From an uncultured Gemmatimonadales bacterium (GTDB lineage: Bacteria > Gemmatimonadota > Gemmatimonadetes > Gemmatimonadales > GWC2-71-9): a stretch of DNA of 64,000 nucleotides. Numbering within the stretch: the first letter of the stretch is position 1; every line of letters starts with the position of its first letter. The notes beneath the pieces are model-generated. The model did no database searches. It worked only from the letters and a program-made list of their open reading frames with translations, and had not been told where the DNA came from. The stretch lies in the NCBI GenBank assembly GCA_963761885.1, contig CAVXIN010000004.1:17994-81993 (forward strand), in the 5' to 3' direction. Positions 51,901 through 61,629 of the stretch are shown one piece after another. Position numbers and translations under genes: made by a program.

Positions 51901-52788
51901 CTACTGCGGAGGATATCTGTCCGTAAGGATGTCCGAGCCCGAAAGTTTCGACCCGAGGACCTGGGCGACTCGCTCCACGGCCGCGGGGTCCAGCCCGGCC
52001 TCGGCGGCGAGGCGAAGAGCCTCGCGGGCCAGCAGGACATAGAGCAGGCGATCGTCGTGACCGAGCGCCTCGAGGTGGGCCGCCACGGTCGCGGCATCAC
52101 CCCGGCGCACCGGGCCCGTCAGGGCCGCTGCGGGCCCCGCCTCCAGGTTGGCGGCCGCACCGCGAATCAGCGGGAGGTACAGCTTTCCCGCAACCTCGGC
52201 CGGGATGCCCGCCGAACGAGCCAGACGCTCTGCCACGGCCACCAGGGCGGTAGTGTAGTTGGCCGCAAACGCGGCTCCGGCATGGTAGGCCGCCTTCGCG
52301 CCGGACGGCAGCACCACCGCCACCATCCGGAGTGCGCGCGCGAGCTCGCCCGCCGCCACCAGAGCTCGGTCGTCCCCTTCGATGCCCGCGTAGGCCCCAA
52401 CCAAGCGCTCGGCGGCCGTTGCGGGATCTGAGATCGTCTGCAGAGGATGAAAGGAGCCGAGCCCCGCGCCGGTGCCCGCCAGGGGAGCCAGCGCGGTTCG
52501 ATCCCGAAGCCCTGAGAGGTGGAGGACCACGTGGCCCGCTCCCACCGACGCATCGCTCGCCAGCTCCGCGGCGAGCGGCGTGATCGCGCCGTCCGGCACG
52601 GCAACTAGCACCGTCGCCGCTTCGCGCAGGGCGAGCGGTCTGGGGCCATCGAAACGACGCAGTGGTGGGGTGAGCTGATGAAGGGAGCGGGACACGAGCC
52701 GAACCTCAAGGCCCGCCGCGACGAGCGCGAGGGCGAGCCCCTGGCCCATGCGGCCGGCCCCCAGGATGGTCACGCGGAATCCGGCCAT
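51901..52788 (-). CDS. Rossmann-like + DUF2520 oxidoreductase
   Basis: GAGRMG, VPDGAI, HLSG, FHPLQT, YHAGAAFAAN, ALTGPVRRGD. Confidence 0.9.
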   Translation of the reverse strand: MAGFRVTILGAGRMGQGLALALVAAGLEVRLVSRSLHQLTPPLRRFDGPRPLALREAATVLVAVPDGAITPLAAELASDASVGAGHVVLHLSGLRDRTALAPLAGTGAGLGSFHPLQTISDPATAAERLVGAYAGIEGDDRALVAAGELARALRMVAVVLPSGAKAAYHAGAAFAANYTTALVAVAERLARSAGIPAEVAGKLYLPLIRGAAANLEAGPAAALTGPVRRGDAATVAAHLEALGHDDRLLYVLLAREALRLAAEAGLDPAAVERVAQVLGSKLSGSDILTDRYPPQ

Positions 52789-52825
52789 CCGCACTCCGGA
52801 GAGAGTGGTTGCCTGCCGAAGCCGG

Positions 52826-52859
52826 CGAGCCCGGCGCGCTTTGCTGGCGGCCGGGCTCG
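52826..52859. terminator. 10-bp stem-loop downstream of S41 paralogue 2
   Basis: CGAGCCCGGC-14 nt-GCCGGGCTCG. Confidence 0.4.
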
Positions 52860-52883
52860 GAGAGGCTCAGGTCCAGGTGTGAG

Positions 52884-54524
52884 CTAGTTGGCCGGTTGCG
52901 ACCGCTTGCCGGCCACCGCGAGACCCAGCAGTTCCTTGGGGCTCTGGGCATGCCGGAGCAGGTCGAGCGCCGTCTGAACCTGATCGTCGTCCGCCGCCCG
53001 CCGCCGGAACTCAGCGGGCCGGCCGAAGACGTACCGCGCGATCTCGTAGCCCAGCGCCTCGTCGATCAAGCGACCGCCCTGAGCAAACTCGGCGGGCGTC
53101 AGCTCCACGCCCTTCTGCTTGAGGCGCTGGAAGACGCGCTGCCGCATGTCCGGGGTCACGGTGAAGGTCTCCGAGGTGACCTTCTTCGTGCTCTTCTGCT
53201 CCAGCGCGAAGGAGGTGAGCACGTCACGGTACTGCGGCACGTTGCTGCCCAGCGCCTTGGCGAACTCCCGCTCGGCGTTGCTGAGGGAATCGAGCCGGAC
53301 GACCATGTCGGGCACGATTCCGCCGCCTCCGCGCACCACGCGACCCGCCGTCGTGCGGTAGACCGGCCGCTCCCGAATGGCGGAGTCGGTGGCCGCAGGC
53401 TCCGCGCCCGGTACGGTATCGGCCGCCTCGAGCGCGGCCACTTCGGCCTGCTCCTCTTCGCTACCCACGGTGCGCTGGATGGTGCGCCCGCTCGGCGTGA
53501 ACCATCGCGCAGTCGTGAGCTTGAGCGCGACGCCTTCGCCCAGGGGGAACAGGGTCTGAACCAGGCCCTTGCCGAAGGTCGGCGTGCCGACGACCACGGC
53601 CCGGTCGTGATCCTGCAGCGCCCCGGCGATGATCTCGGCGGCGCTCGCGGTGCCCTCGTTCACCAGCACCACGATCGGCAGCTCGGGCCAGGTCTGGCGC
53701 GCGTCGTCATAGAACTGCTTCGTGGCCCCCCGTGCCCGACCGCGAGTGGAGACGATCTCCTGCTTCGCGTCGAGGAACAGGTCCGACACCTCGACCCCTT
53801 GATCGAGCAGGCCGCCGGGGTTGAAGCGAAGGTCGAGCACCATCGACTTCATGCCACGCCGCTTCATCGAAGCGATCTCCTGCCGGAGCTCGCCGGCGGA
53901 GGTCTCGCTGACGGGATTGAGCTGGATGTAGCCGATGCCGCCGTCGAACATGGTGCCGGCGGGAACGGACCGGATGTGAATCTGGGCGCGAGTGAGCGGA
54001 TACTTGATCGGCGCCGGAATGCCGGTCCGGCGAACGGTGATCGCGATCTTGCTCCCCGCCTCGCCACGGAGCGCCTTTACCGCCTCGTCGTTCTTCCAGC
54101 CCTCGGTGGACTTCCCGTCCACTTCGATGATCTGGTCGCCGGTGAGAATGCCGGCGCGCTCGGCGGGCGTCTCGGGGAGGGGGGCCACCACCGTGATCCA
54201 GCCTTCGCGCACGTCGATCTGGATGCCGAGGCCGGCGTAGTTGCCCGACGTCTGCTCGGTGAGCGCCTTGTAGTCGTCACCGGTGAGCAATACCGAGTAG
54301 GGGTCCTTGAGCTGCTCCAGCATCCCCTGTGTGGCCTTGTCGTACAGGTCGGTTTCGCCGAGCGAGTCGACGTAGTAGGCGCTGACATGGCCGAGGACGT
54401 CGTCGAACAGGCGGGCCTGCTGGTAGACGTTGCCGCCCGCGGCCGTGCCGCGCTGCAGCAGCCAGCCGCCGCTCAGGAACGAGATCACGGACACGGTCGT
54501 GATGATGCCCCAGCGCTGCCTCAT
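52884..54524 (-). CDS. S41 C-terminal processing peptidase (PDZ), paralogue 2
   Basis: DPYS, YAGLGI, LDLRFNPGGLL, TASAAEI, TFGKGLVQ, LTTARWFTPSGRTIQ. Confidence 0.94.
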   Translation of the reverse strand: MRQRWGIITTVSVISFLSGGWLLQRGTAAGGNVYQQARLFDDVLGHVSAYYVDSLGETDLYDKATQGMLEQLKDPYSVLLTGDDYKALTEQTSGNYAGLGIQIDVREGWITVVAPLPETPAERAGILTGDQIIEVDGKSTEGWKNDEAVKALRGEAGSKIAITVRRTGIPAPIKYPLTRAQIHIRSVPAGTMFDGGIGYIQLNPVSETSAGELRQEIASMKRRGMKSMVLDLRFNPGGLLDQGVEVSDLFLDAKQEIVSTRGRARGATKQFYDDARQTWPELPIVVLVNEGTASAAEIIAGALQDHDRAVVVGTPTFGKGLVQTLFPLGEGVALKLTTARWFTPSGRTIQRTVGSEEEQAEVAALEAADTVPGAEPAATDSAIRERPVYRTTAGRVVRGGGGIVPDMVVRLDSLSNAEREFAKALGSNVPQYRDVLTSFALEQKSTKKVTSETFTVTPDMRQRVFQRLKQKGVELTPAEFAQGGRLIDEALGYEIARYVFGRPAEFRRRAADDDQVQTALDLLRHAQSPKELLGLAVAGKRSQPAN

Positions 54525-54587
54525 ACCTGCCTCCACTCCCGGCGGAAAAGACCCGAGCCGGCCCGTCGCCGACCCCTTGGGTGCAAA

Positions 54588-55229
54588 TTAACCCGTTACC
54601 GCGCCGACTCTCCCGGGCGCCAGCTGGGCGATCTCGGCCCAGGCGGCTTGCAAGAGCTGGTCCGGTGAGAGCCGCGCGTCCAAATGTCGCACGCCGTCAC
54701 CCCGAACCGCCAGATAGAAGGCCTCCACCCTGCGGTGGAAGTCGACGCTTTCCTGCTCCATCCTATCCAGTGGCTTACCGCCCCCAACTTGCCGCGCCTG
54801 AGCGACTTCCGGAGGAAGATCGAGAATCAGGGTGAGGTCGGGTACCAGGTCGTGCGCGGCGAGGCGGTTGGCCGGGACGACCACCGCCGGCGGGAGACCC
54901 CGACCGGCCATCTGGTAGGCCTCTGTAGTGAGCGCGAAACGGTCCGAAAGCACCAACCTGCCCTGGGCGAGGGCCGGTTGGATCACGGACTGCACCAGGT
55001 CGGCACGGGCCGCGAGGTAGAAGAACAGCTCCGAGACGGACCCGATCGGATGGGCCGGGTCGAGCAGGGCGCGCCGGGCGATCTCCGCCGCGTGAGTGCC
55101 GCCCGGCTCGCGCACCACCACCGGATCCAGGCCGCCCTGCCTCAAGCGGTCGGCGAGGGCGGCGGCAAGGGTGGACTTCCCCGCCCCGTCGGGTCCCTCG
55201 AGGACGACGAACAGCCCCGGCAGGGTCAT
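54588..55229 (-). CDS. tmk: Thymidylate kinase
   Basis: LEGPDGAGKST, REPGGT, SDRF, AYQ, PDLTLILD, DRME. Confidence 0.96.
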   Translation of the reverse strand: MTLPGLFVVLEGPDGAGKSTLAAALADRLRQGGLDPVVVREPGGTHAAEIARRALLDPAHPIGSVSELFFYLAARADLVQSVIQPALAQGRLVLSDRFALTTEAYQMAGRGLPPAVVVPANRLAAHDLVPDLTLILDLPPEVAQARQVGGGKPLDRMEQESVDFHRRVEAFYLAVRGDGVRHLDARLSPDQLLQAAWAEIAQLAPGRVGAVTG

Positions 55230-55579
55230 CCCAGCGTGATGATGCTGCTGGTCACGCCCTTCTCCATGCCTTCGCTGATCTGCTGGTTCACCCTCGCCAT
55301 CAGCTTCTCGAAGTTGGCACGCGCGACGACGTACGCCTGGCCGACCGAACTGGTCTCCAGGTCCCGCACGGCGGCTTCGTAGGCATCCGACGTCGGCTGG
55401 TCCGGCATCTGCCCCTGGGCGATCGCCTGATCGACCTTGCGTGCCAGCGTCTGGATCAGATCCAGCTTGGTGACCGTCTCCTTGTCCTCGCGGAGACTCG
55501 ACTCGGCGCGACGAAGCGCCTGATACTCCGCGGACTGGCCGATCTGACGGCCGAGGTCTTGTGCCTTATCCCAGATCAC
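55226..55579 (-). CDS. YlbF/RicA-family (com_ylbF) protein
   Basis: GTG at 55579 after GGAG; IWDKAQDLGRQIGQSAEYQAL..YVVARANFEKLMARVNQQI. Confidence 0.75.
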   Translation of the reverse strand: MIWDKAQDLGRQIGQSAEYQALRRAESSLREDKETVTKLDLIQTLARKVDQAIAQGQMPDQPTSDAYEAAVRDLETSSVGQAYVVARANFEKLMARVNQQISEGMEKGVTSSIITLG

Positions 55580-56433
55580 GGTGATGCACTCCTCCGAGCG
55601 AGCAGGTAGCGCTCGCGTCCGAATAGGTCGGCATGGATGGCGACGTCCATCCAGCCCAGTGCGCCCGCGGCAGCGGCCACCCGCGCCGCCCGCGTGCAAT
55701 CCACTTCCATCGCGAGCCAACCGCCGGGGCGCAGCACACGCCGCGCCTCCCGCAACAGCCGGGTCGTCGCGTCCAGACCATCGAGCCCGCTCAGCAGTGC
55801 GGCGGCCGGTTCCCACTGCCGCACCGAGGGGTCGAGGGACGCGTACTCCGCGGCGGAAAGATAGGGGGGATTGGAGACCATCGCGTCGAGCGAGGCCGTG
55901 CGAAAGGGCTCGCACAGGTCGGCGCGGATCAGCCCGACCGAGGCCCCCACGGCGGCGACGTTCTCCGCGGCCAGCGCCAAGGCACCGGCGGAGAGATCCA
56001 CCGCGCAGACTTCGCTGTAGTCACCTTCCATCGCAAGACTGAGCGCCAGACAGCCGCTCCCGGTACCGATGTCCGCAACGCTGCCGGTGCGGACCCGCGG
56101 GAGCAGCAGATCCACCAGACCTTCCGTCTCGGGCCGTGGAATCAATGCGCGGCGGTCGGAGGCCAGCACCAGAGTCCGGAATCCCACCGACCTCGCCACG
56201 TAGGCGAGGGGCTCGCCGCCGGCCCGGCGACGCGCGGCCCGTCGAAGCACCTCCGTCGAGCCGGCCGCATTGGGGAGGTGGCCATCCACCAGCACGTCGG
56301 CCGCCGAGGTCCCGTGGAGCGCGGTCCAGAGCCGGAGAGCCTCGCGTCTCGGCTCGGCGATCCCACCTGCCGCCAGCACCGCGGCAACCTCGGCGAGCAG
56401 GACCCGGCGCGTCGGGGGAGCGTCAGACAGCAT
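55576..56433 (-). CDS. prmC: Release factor glutamine methyltransferase
   Basis: GEPLAY, LIPRPETE, DIGTGSG, SNPPY. Confidence 0.95.
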   Translation of the reverse strand: MLSDAPPTRRVLLAEVAAVLAAGGIAEPRREALRLWTALHGTSAADVLVDGHLPNAAGSTEVLRRAARRRAGGEPLAYVARSVGFRTLVLASDRRALIPRPETEGLVDLLLPRVRTGSVADIGTGSGCLALSLAMEGDYSEVCAVDLSAGALALAAENVAAVGASVGLIRADLCEPFRTASLDAMVSNPPYLSAAEYASLDPSVRQWEPAAALLSGLDGLDATTRLLREARRVLRPGGWLAMEVDCTRAARVAAAAGALGWMDVAIHADLFGRERYLLARRSASP

Positions 56434-57481
56434 CGCGCTCCTGGCGGCTCGCCATGCGGAGCGCATCCACCAGCTCGTCGAGACGACCGTCAACCACGTC
56501 CGCCAGGTTGTGGACGGAGAGGTTGATGCGATGGTCGGTGACTCGACTCTGGGGATAGTTGTAGGTCCTGATCTTCGCGGAGCGGTCGCCGGTGCCCACC
56601 ATGGCCCGGCGATCCCGCGAGCGCGCCGCCTCCTGCTCCGCGATCATCCGGTCGAGCAGCCGGGCGCGCAGCACCTCCATCGCCTTGAGCTTGTTCTGCT
56701 GTTGCGACTTCTGGTCCTGCTGGCTGACCACCAGCCCCGAGGGCAAGTGCGTGATTCGTACCGCGCTGTCGGTCGTGTTCACACTCTGGCCGCCCGGACC
56801 CGAGGAGCGAAAGACGTCCACCCGGAGGTCCTTTTCCTCGATCTTCATGTCGACCTCTTCCGCCTCCGGCAGGACCGCCACCGTCGCGGCAGAAGTGTGA
56901 ATGCGACCCTGGGTCTCGGTGGCCGGCACGCGCTGCACCCGGTGGACTCCGGACTCGAGCCGCAGCAGCCCGAACGCCCCGTCGCCCCGCACGGCGATGA
57001 TCGCCTCCTTGAGTCCGCCGAGGGTGCCGTCGCTGAGCGACATCGGCTCCCAGGAGAGCCCGTGGCGCTCGCTGAAGCGCTGATACATGCGGTACAGATC
57101 GGCGGCGAAAAGGGCGGCCTCATCGCCACCGGTGCCGGCACGGATCTCGACGATGGCGTCGCGGGCGTCGTGGGGGTCCTGAGGAAGGAGGAGTGCGTGG
57201 AGCTCCTCGGTGAGCGCGTCCACTTCGGGCGCCAGGCGCGTCACGTCGGCGCGCGCCATGGCGGCGAGCTCCAGGTCCGATTCGTCCGACAGCTCCCGCG
57301 CATCCGCCAGCTCGCGCTGTAGCCGGACCAGACGGTCGGCCAGACGCACGACGGGCGCGAGCCGTGTGTGCTCGCGCCCGAGCGTCTTGAGCTGGGCCGG
57401 GTCGCGGGCGACGAGCGGGTCGGCGAGTGCCTTGCCGACTTCCTCCGCCCGCTGCAGCGCCTGGCGGAGCCTGCCCTCCAC
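56423..57481 (-). CDS. prfA: Peptide chain release factor 1
   Basis: EIRAGTGGDEA, HRVQRVPATE (PxT), SSGPGGQSVN, IRTYNYPQSRVTDHR. Confidence 0.97.
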   Translation of the reverse strand: MEGRLRQALQRAEEVGKALADPLVARDPAQLKTLGREHTRLAPVVRLADRLVRLQRELADARELSDESDLELAAMARADVTRLAPEVDALTEELHALLLPQDPHDARDAIVEIRAGTGGDEAALFAADLYRMYQRFSERHGLSWEPMSLSDGTLGGLKEAIIAVRGDGAFGLLRLESGVHRVQRVPATETQGRIHTSAATVAVLPEAEEVDMKIEEKDLRVDVFRSSGPGGQSVNTTDSAVRITHLPSGLVVSQQDQKSQQQNKLKAMEVLRARLLDRMIAEQEAARSRDRRAMVGTGDRSAKIRTYNYPQSRVTDHRINLSVHNLADVVDGRLDELVDALRMASRQERDAV

Positions 57482-57484
57482 CGC

Positions 57485-57706
57485 CTACGCCTTGGGGGCG
57501 GCGGCCGGTTCGCTCTGGTATCTCCGGCGGAAACGATCCACGCGGCCCGCGGTGTCCATCAGGCGCTGCTTGCCCGTGAAGTACGGGTGGCACTGGGCGC
57601 ACACTTCGACGTGAATGGAATTCGACGTCGAGCGGGTTTCGAACGAGTTGCCGCACGCACAGATGGCGGTCAGCTTCTTATACACCGGATGAAGATCGGC
57701 CTTCAC
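57485..57706 (-). CDS. rpmE: 50S ribosomal protein L31 (Zn-binding type A)
   Basis: [28 protein letters not shown]. Confidence 0.96.
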   Translation of the reverse strand: MKADLHPVYKKLTAICACGNSFETRSTSNSIHVEVCAQCHPYFTGKQRLMDTAGRVDRFRRRYQSEPAAAPKA

Positions 57707-57812
57707 TGCGAACTCCTGTTCCAAGTTAGCCGGGGAATCTATCGGCTAACCCCCTCAGACGGTAGGGCATCCCCGGTAACCAGACGACCTGGGAACGCCC
57801 CCGGGGCACGGG

Positions 57813-59141
57813 TCAGGAATCGCGCGATGAAGTTGCGTCGACCATCGAATCGGCCAGTGGGACGATGGTCTGCAGCTTGCCGGTGGGGGCCAGCGGGATG
57901 TCGTCAACCGGGATGACCTGGAAGCGGAGTCCGGGACCGAACTGCTCGTCGAGTCGACGGCGGATCTGATCCGACACCTCATGCCGCCAAGCGGGCGATG
58001 GCATGACGAGCAGGTCGAGCGTGTCCGGGCCGGTTTGCCGGAGCTGCCACCGCCGGACCTCCTGGAACGGCTTGACCACCGTCGACACCATCATGCCATA
58101 GAGGATGCGGCCATCCGGAGTTCGGATCACGTGGCGGGTCCTTCCCTGCACCGGACTCAGACGCGCGAGACCGCGCCCGCAGCCGCAGGCACCGGGAAGC
58201 CGTGCCGCCAGGTCCCCCAGTCGATAGCGCAGAAGCGGCTGCGCCAGGCAGCCGAGCTGGGTGACGACTACCTCGCCGGTCTCGCCGTCAGCTACCGTCT
58301 CCCCCAGGTCGTTCACGATCTCCACGATCTGCATGTCGTCATTGAGATGCAGCGTGCCGCGTTCCACCGGACACTCCCAGCCGACCGTGCCCAGCTCGGC
58401 GGCGACGTACACGTCGAGTGGTGTCACGCCGAAGGCCTCCGTCGCCAGCCTTCGCCCGCGGTCGCTCAGGGACATGGCCGCGCTGAACACCAGCTTCGGG
58501 CGGATGTCGGTGATCCCTCGCTCGACCAACGCTTCGGCGATCGCCTCCAGGCTGACTGCGTACGCGCTGAAGGTGTGCGGCTGCCGGTCGCGGAGAATCT
58601 CGATCTGATAGTCAACTGACTCGAAGCTCGAGACGTGGCGGATATCGGGGAGCAGGCCGATGCGGCGAAGCATGGCCACCGGTCCGCTGCGGGCCACCGC
58701 TCGACCCGTGTTGATGTTGACCTGGCGGTCCCGGAGGCGGTGTCCGTACGCGTGCAGCACCCGGGACCACAGCGCGGAGACCTCCGCCTGATCCTGGAGG
58801 CTGCGGTACACCCGGAGCGGTTGGCCGGTCGAGCCGGACGTGGTGACGGGAAAGAGCCGGTCGATCGGCTGGGACAGCATGCCGTTGTCCTCCGCCGCGT
58901 GAAGACTCGCCTTGTCGAGCAACGGCAGCCGGCGAAGCGCCACCTCGTCGAAGGCGTCACCAGGCGCCAGACCCGCATCGCGGAACAGCTTGCCGTAGTA
59001 CGCGGTGTTCGCGGCCACACGGGCGAGACGCCCGAGGCGCGCGCCGCGCACCGACGCGAGTTGTGCCGGCGACATCCATTGCTCGCGCCTTCGCGCACGG
59101 GCGGCGGAGAGCAGGGTGACCACTGGGGGCGGGATATGCAC
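57813..59141 (-). CDS. PaaK/CapK-like adenylate-forming enzyme
   Basis: LPLLDK, TTSGSTGQP, YVAAELG, PLLRYRLGD, CGCGR, TGK near the C-terminus. Confidence 0.85.
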   Translation of the reverse strand: MHIPPPVVTLLSAARARRREQWMSPAQLASVRGARLGRLARVAANTAYYGKLFRDAGLAPGDAFDEVALRRLPLLDKASLHAAEDNGMLSQPIDRLFPVTTSGSTGQPLRVYRSLQDQAEVSALWSRVLHAYGHRLRDRQVNINTGRAVARSGPVAMLRRIGLLPDIRHVSSFESVDYQIEILRDRQPHTFSAYAVSLEAIAEALVERGITDIRPKLVFSAAMSLSDRGRRLATEAFGVTPLDVYVAAELGTVGWECPVERGTLHLNDDMQIVEIVNDLGETVADGETGEVVVTQLGCLAQPLLRYRLGDLAARLPGACGCGRGLARLSPVQGRTRHVIRTPDGRILYGMMVSTVVKPFQEVRRWQLRQTGPDTLDLLVMPSPAWRHEVSDQIRRRLDEQFGPGLRFQVIPVDDIPLAPTGKLQTIVPLADSMVDATSSRDS

Positions 59142-59225
59142 GGCGCGTAAGGTACCCAGGACCCATTGGCCCGGCAGTGCGGCCTGACACGTCCGGACCA
59201 GCGCAGGGGCGACCGATTCCTGAAG

Positions 59226-59254
59226 TTGACACGCTTACGCACCGCAAGTATGCT
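59226..59254 (+). promoter_or_regulatory. Sigma70 promoter of crp
   Basis: TTGACA-17 bp-TATGCT. Confidence 0.75.
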
Positions 59255-59289
59255 ATCCCCAACCACTTCCGCGACCCCGCGAGGCTCCC

Positions 59290-59967
59290 GTGCCGCTGTC
59301 CCCGTCCGAGGTTCTTCGTAAAGTCCCCCTCTTCTCCGGCCTCGGTGACGCCGATCTGGCTGCCTTTGCCGACCTGACCCGGGAGCGCAGCTATCCCAAG
59401 GGCAGCGTCATCGTCTTCGAGGACGATCCCGGCGACGCGCTGTTCCTCGTGGCGGCCGGCCAGGTCAAGGTCGTGCTGATCGCCGAGGACGGGCGCGAGG
59501 TCATCCTCTCGGTGCTGGGCGAGGGGAGCTTCTTCGGCGAGATGGCGGTGATCGATGAGGAGCCAAGGTCCGCCCACGTGATCGCGATGGAGGACTCGAG
59601 CCTGCTGGTCCTCAGGCGTGAGGACTTTCACGCCCGGCTCCGTCACTCACCCGAAGTCGCCATCGCGCTGCTGAAGGAGATCTCGCGCCGGCTCCGACGG
59701 GCGGACGAGAAGATCGGGAGCCTGGTCCTGCTGGACGTCAACGGACGGGTGGCCCACCTCCTGCTTCGGATGGCCGACGACGAAGGGGGCGACCGCATCA
59801 CCCGGAAGCTCACCCACCATACCATCGCCCAGATGATCGGCTCCAGCCGCGAGACCGTCTCGCGCACCATGCGGAATCTGGTGGAGCGCGGCATCATCGC
59901 GGTGACCCGCAAGGACATAACGCTGCAGGACAGACACTCGCTCATGCTGGCTGCCCGCCGGGCGTGA
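59290..59967 (+). CDS. Crp-family cyclic-nucleotide-binding regulator
   Basis: FFGEMAV..PRSA phosphate-binding cassette; HTH IAQMIGSSRETVSR. Confidence 0.94.
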   Translation: MPLSPSEVLRKVPLFSGLGDADLAAFADLTRERSYPKGSVIVFEDDPGDALFLVAAGQVKVVLIAEDGREVILSVLGEGSFFGEMAVIDEEPRSAHVIAMEDSSLLVLRREDFHARLRHSPEVAIALLKEISRRLRRADEKIGSLVLLDVNGRVAHLLLRMADDEGGDRITRKLTHHTIAQMIGSSRETVSRTMRNLVERGIIAVTRKDITLQDRHSLMLAARRA

Positions 59968-59978
59968 CGGCAGTCACG
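59963..59978. promoter_or_regulatory. CRP-type palindromic site upstream of the MBL hydrolase
   Basis: CGTGA-cggcag-TCACG overlapping the crp stop codon. Confidence 0.45.
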
Positions 59979-60063
59979 GCCGGAAGGTGATTTCGGCCGT
60001 AGCCGCTACCGACCCGGTCGGACGACGTTCGATCATGTCCCCACGCGTGCCGGGGCGCCCCAC

Positions 60064-60931
60064 GTGAACTTTACTTTGAAGTTCTGGGGTACTCGCGGCT
60101 CCATTCCCACGCCAGGACCGAACACCGCGCGCTACGGCGGCAACACCGCCTGCGTGAGCGTTTCGGGGCCGGACGGCCGTCTCGTCATCCTCGACGCGGG
60201 CAGCGGCCTTCGGCCGCTCGGGCACGAGCTGATGGCCGGCGCGTCCACTGCCGTCTCGGCCGACATTCTGCTCTCCCATACCCACTGGGATCACATTCAG
60301 GGGCTGCCGTTCTTCAAGCCGTTGAGCGCGCCCGGAAATGCGTTCTGCATCTTCGGGGCGGCCCAGGAGGGTGTGGCGCTGGAGGAGATCCTTCGGCGGC
60401 AGATGGATCCCATGGTGTTTCCGGTCCCGCTGCGTGCCCTGGCTGCCTCGATCAAGGTGAAGGAGGTCACCGAAGGGGACATCGAGCTCCCCGACTTCGA
60501 GGTCCGCGCCTTCAGACTCCGGCATCCCGGCACCACGCTCGGATACCGTCTCGCTCCCGCCGCGCGGCGGACGCCACGTCGCGTATCTGACCGACAACGA
60601 GCTGGGGGAAGAGGCTGGATACCCGGTGCGGCCGCAGTGGCGCAAGCGCCTGGTCGCGTTTCTCGCCGGGACCGACACGCTGATTCACGACGCGATGTAC
60701 GCCGAGCAGATCATCCAGGCCCGCTGCGGTTGGGGACACTCGACGCCATGGCAAGCGGTGGCGCTGGCCGCAGAAGCCGGGTGCCGCCGCCTGATCCTGT
60801 TTCACCACGAGCCGGAGCACAACGACGAGGCGCTGGACCGACTGCTCGACGACACGCGGGCCTACGCCGCGCGTACCGCGCAGGGTCTCGAGGTGGATGC
60901 CGCGTTCGAAGGAATGGAGCTGCCACTGTGA
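60064..60931 (+). CDS. MBL-fold metallohydrolase, RNase Z/phosphodiesterase-like (indel near 60565)
   Basis: WGTRGSIPTPG..YGGNTAC, SHTHWDHIQG, HPG, then LIHDAMY, GWGHS, LFHHEP in frame 60626..60931. Confidence 0.9.
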
Positions 60932-60942
60932 GGAGGCGGGCG

Positions 60943-61629
60943 ATGCGGATCAAGTTGCTGGCGGCGACCGTGACGGCGCTGTGCGGCGTCTCCTCCGCGC
61001 GAGCGCAGGACGGCGCGGGACGTTTCGCGCTACTGCCGTTCGAGAACACCGGATCCTACGGCCAGGACAAGGAGGTGTTCGAGGCGCTCGAGTTGGGATT
61101 GCCGGCCATGCTCGCCCGGGCTATCGACCGCCACCCGGCCGCCGAGGCGGTCGAAGGCCAGCGCCTGGATCGCGCCATGCGCGCCGCGAACCTTGGGCCC
61201 TCACAGCGGGTGGACGCCGCCGGTGCGGCCCAGATGGGGAAGGCGACCGGCGCGCGCTACGCTGTCACCGGCAGCTTCGCGGACTTCTACGGGAAGTTCC
61301 GGGTGAACGCGCGGGTGGTGGACGCGCGGAGCGGCGAGATCATCAAGGTGCTGTCGAACGACGACGCCAAGTTGCAGGACCGGGCTCAGCTCGCGGCGAT
61401 CGTGCAATTCGTGGCCGAGCGGATCGTCGCGGCCGCGGGGCTCGGGTCCTACCCGGCGGACGCCGCGCCCGCGGCACTGCCCACCGACGCGATCACCGCC
61501 TACAGCCGCGGTCTCCTGCACGAGAGCCGGGGCGATCGCGCGAAGGCTCGCGAGTTCTATCAGGCCGCGGTGACGGCCTTCCCCCAGTTCGACGAGGCCC
61601 GGTCGGCCGTCGCCAGAGTCGGCGGCTAG
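60943..61629 (+). CDS. Secreted TolB-N/CsgG-like + TPR protein
   Basis: AGGAGG SD; signal peptide; FALLPFEN, YAVTGSF, RVVDARSGEI, terminal TPR. Confidence 0.78.
   Translation: MRIKLLAATVTALCGVSSARAQDGAGRFALLPFENTGSYGQDKEVFEALELGLPAMLARAIDRHPAAEAVEGQRLDRAMRAANLGPSQRVDAAGAAQMGKATGARYAVTGSFADFYGKFRVNARVVDARSGEIIKVLSNDDAKLQDRAQLAAIVQFVAERIVAAAGLGSYPADAAPAALPTDAITAYSRGLLHESRGDRAKAREFYQAAVTAFPQFDEARSAVARVGG

Noticed and set aside
52809..54668. Long antisense ORFs (this one, 37964..39346, 27774..29144, 25755..27098 and others)
   Set aside because: Stop-poor shadows of real genes in high-GC DNA with no recognisable motifs.
60064..61629. Apparent MBL hydrolase-TolB/TPR fusion (521 aa)
   Set aside because: The hydrolase C-terminal motifs are in another frame ending at 60931; the second gene has its own SD, ATG and signal peptide.
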